Below, one piece after another: positions 61,231-64,000 of a stretch of 64,000 nucleotides of DNA. The position numbers and the translations under genes were made by a program. The stretch covers positions 203,982,001 to 204,046,000 of the forward strand of contig NC_058368.1 of assembly GCF_018350175.1 (NCBI RefSeq), read 5' to 3'. Under the pieces are notes generated by a model. It was not told where the DNA came from. It made no database searches and saw nothing but the letters and a program-made list of their open reading frames with translations. Source of the stretch: Felis catus (taxonomy: Eukaryota). Numbering within the stretch: the stretch's first letter is position 1; the number at the start of each line of letters is the position of its first letter.

Positions 61231-62324
61231 TAGAGAGATGTCCAAGAAGATGAGTCCTGAGATTTACATTGCGTGATAAGGAGGTTGATTTTCAAGAGAG
61301 TGATTTCAGCTAAATAATTAGGGTAGGAGCCAAAAACAAAGGGTTCTGACAAGTGAAGAGAGTATGAGCAAAAGTCAACTACCCATCTGAGAGCTTTGGT
61401 TGATAAAGAAAATAGCTTTCAAATAGAGAAGATAAACTAATGTTGGGATTAAAATTAAGTTCTCTTGTTTTAGAAAACCTTGATAATTTTACACAATTTC
61501 GAGCAAAAAAACAAAACTGTAATTAAAGCTGAAGAGTCTCCTGAGTCTCCTTAGATTATATAGCTTCAGCTGTGCTCTGCCTCTAATAATCAATAAATTT
61601 TTATATTTTATTTTGATTTTACATTTATTATATAAAGTATAGAAAGACTAACTTTGGGGTAATACAGAGAGTAGAATGTGGTTTATCAGAATTATTAGGC
61701 TGTAAAAAGAAGAGAGGACTCTAAACTTGAGCAACTGCAGAATGAGACAATTTTCTGCAGACACTGAATAAGCTCTGCTCTAAAGAAGCAACGTCTGTAG
61801 GAAACATGGAGCAACAGAAGTCAAGAAAGATCTCAGGTAATAGCAAAGAAGAGGACCAGTCTAGACTACAAGCTTCATAACTTCCTAGAAAGAAAGGAGT
61901 AGTAGTTAATACCAGAACCACGATGGGTTTTGTAGTTGAATTATTTGTAGCTTATAGTGTGGATATATTTGTTTAAATAGATAAGGTCTACAGCTACACC
62001 ATTAAAAAAAGAAAAAAAGGAAGAAGAGGAAAACTCAAGAGCAGCCTGCACTTAGAAACAAGTAGTCCATATCCTAGCAGCAAAGCACAGGATCCTTCTC
62101 ATGGCGCCACTCCAAAACAACAGATTCTGTATTTCTAAAAGGTGAAGAAGTCTTCTGGAAAAATCGACTGCCAAACACATGCATGAAGTTAAGCAAATGT
62201 CAAATTGGTACATTAAACTGTACTGCCTTGCTTGTTTAGCATCTCGAAGAGCTCACAATTTACAAGTAGTTCTCAACTTACCAAGATGTTGTTTTCTTAA
62301 AGTTAGTTGGCAAATCAGTTGTAT

Positions 62325-62545
62325 GACAGCATAGTATTGTGGCTCAGAGTAGAGCCAGACTTCCCAGTTCAAATCCTGATCCCACCACCTATTTAATTCA
62401 CTGGACTCTGAGCCTCTACATCTGTAAAATGGGATACCTACTTAAAGGATTGTTCTTTTGTGATTAATGAGTTATCACATTGAAAGTTTTTACAGTCATG
62501 CCTGGCACATAGTGAATATTCAAAATGGTAACTATGATTATAATT
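62325..62545 (+). mobile_element. MIR SINE
   Basis: 'acagcatagtattgtggctcagag...catctgtaaaatggg...tgcctggcacatagt'. Confidence 0.85.
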
Positions 62546-62694
62546 AGCATGCTGATAGAAATAGGAACACAGTAAGTATTTCCTAGCACAAGAGGATCAT
62601 AGGTTATAGAAAAGGCCAGGAGAGAAACAGGTCACCAGGGATTTGGTAAATGTATAGACATACCTCTCTAAATGCATAAGAGAAGACTTCTCTA

Positions 62695-62916
62695 GGGGCA
62701 CCTGGGTGGCTCAGTAGGTTAGGTGTCCGACTTCAGCTCAGGTCATGATCTCATGGTTCATGGGTTCAGCCCCTCATTGGGCTCTGTGCTGACAGCTCAG
62801 AGCCTGGAGCCTGCTTCAGATTCTGTGTCTTCGTCTCTCTCTGCATCCCCCCCCCCCCATTCATGCTCTATCTCTGTCTCTCAAAAATGAATGAATGTTA
62901 AAAAAAAATTTTTTTT
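62695..62916 (+). mobile_element. CanSINE
   Basis: TSD taagagaagacttctct. Confidence 0.97.
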
Positions 62917-63551
62917 TAAGAGAAGACTTCTCTCTAGGTGGTTAGCAGAGCACATTTAAATTCCAAACAGCACACAAAGAAAATAAAAATTAATTAATTA
63001 AAATGCTGAATTACATTTTAAAATTCAGTCACCAGAAGACAGTGGGAAATGCTGTTTATCCTTTCTTCTTGGAGCTTTACAGAGAGTGTCATCAGTCCCT
63101 GTGATTAAAAAGAGAAAAATACCATTGAATTTTGTTTAATCCAGCATTGCCTAAACTTTTGTAACCATAGAAACCATTCTTCTCTTACCTGCCATTATCA
63201 CCACATTTTTGAGAGATGCTTCTCCAGGTCAATTATTTTCCCAAATATTCTAAATTGGAGAATAAACAGCAATTATCCCTAAGGAAATAAAAGTGGAAGG
63301 TTTTGATTTCACAACGCTATGAGGATTACAAAAACACTCTTCATAAATTAAATACTGGCTAAATCATGATTGCCATTCTTGCTCAACCTGTTCAAAGTGA
63401 GAATAGTAATATTAAAATAAAATGTAAAGCTCCAACACTTCTTTTTTTCTTCTCATGTTAGTAAACCTACTATAAATGACTGTTTAATTATTATATACTT
63501 TAATGAAGATAAATGCGAGAACTACAAAGTGTATTGAAGCATTGTAGTTCT

Positions 63552-63657
63552 GACTTATTATGGTGATCATTTTGCAGTGTTCACAAATATTAAATCACGA
63601 TATTGCACACCTGAAAATAATATAATATTATACGTCACTTATACCTCAATTAAAATA
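63552..63657 (+). mobile_element. Very short L1 3' terminus
   Basis: 'ggtgatcattttgcagtg...cacacctgaaa...tatacctcaatt'; decayed TSD aagcattgtagttct/aagcattacagttct. Confidence 0.8.
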
Positions 63658-63955
63658 AAGCATTACAGTTCTTCCTCAATAATCCAAAATTGTTTAATTA
63701 TAAAGGGAAGCTTTTAACTATTACTGCATGGAAAAAGAGAAATACTATTTATGGCAGCCCCATAATGTTTTTACAATACATGCTAGTACTCATGTTAACT
63801 CTTACTAGTTTTCTTATTTCTGGGAATGTTTCTATCCAGGGGTAAGAATTTAAATAGATAAGGCATTGTAAGGGAGTCCACAATGTTCTAGTAAGTCTTA
63901 GCTTCAGCATAGCACCCTTAATTTTTAATTCCCCTTTTTAAATTTTGTTTCGTGT

Positions 63956-64000
63956 TTTTTTTTATGAATACAATTTATTGTCAAATTGGCTTACATACAA
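63956..64000 (-). mobile_element. 3' end of a felid-type L1 (continues beyond the window)
   Basis: T-run then 'aatttattgtcaaattgg', the reverse complement of the L1 end seen at 41825-41842. Confidence 0.85.

Noticed and set aside
63189..63249. Possible minus-strand exon (ctccaatttag|...GGCAG|gtaaga)
   Set aside because: The donor appears to lie in an old DNA-transposon-like fragment, and such site pairs are common by chance; no independent support.

Overview
This is AT-rich, repeat-dense mammalian DNA from a feliform carnivore, most likely Felidae. The basis is 33 tRNA-derived CanSINEs, many carrying the feliform-type 'ctgacagctcagagcctggagcctgc' segment, plus cat-type L1 3' ends. I recognise no protein-coding gene: the ORF track is mostly SINE, L1 or chance ORFs. 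The window is best read as long-intron or 5' non-coding territory of a minus-strand transcription unit. Supporting this, L1s and SINEs are strongly biased to the + strand, and a chain of minus-strand splice-site pairs occurs at 56660-56766, 48313-48378, ~33237, 29206-29533, 9816-9841, 7705-7781, 5529-5556 and 3152-3477. The gene is unidentified. Most notable observations: (1) a CpG-retaining promoter-like patch at ~55.85-57.25 kb with RFX, MYB, half-CRE and E2F-like motifs, containing a 3'-truncated U6 snRNA pseudogene; (2) a probable L1 3' transduction at 40957-42534, where one perfect 16-bp target-site duplication (TSD) encloses L1 + SINE + an older L1; (3) repeated SINE insertion into identical target sites; (4) recursive-splice-like motifs, a G5 repeat and templated-duplication scars. 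Repeat family names come from recall of consensus sequences, not a database search, and boundaries of old repeats are approximate. I found nothing that is demonstrably a new biological system.
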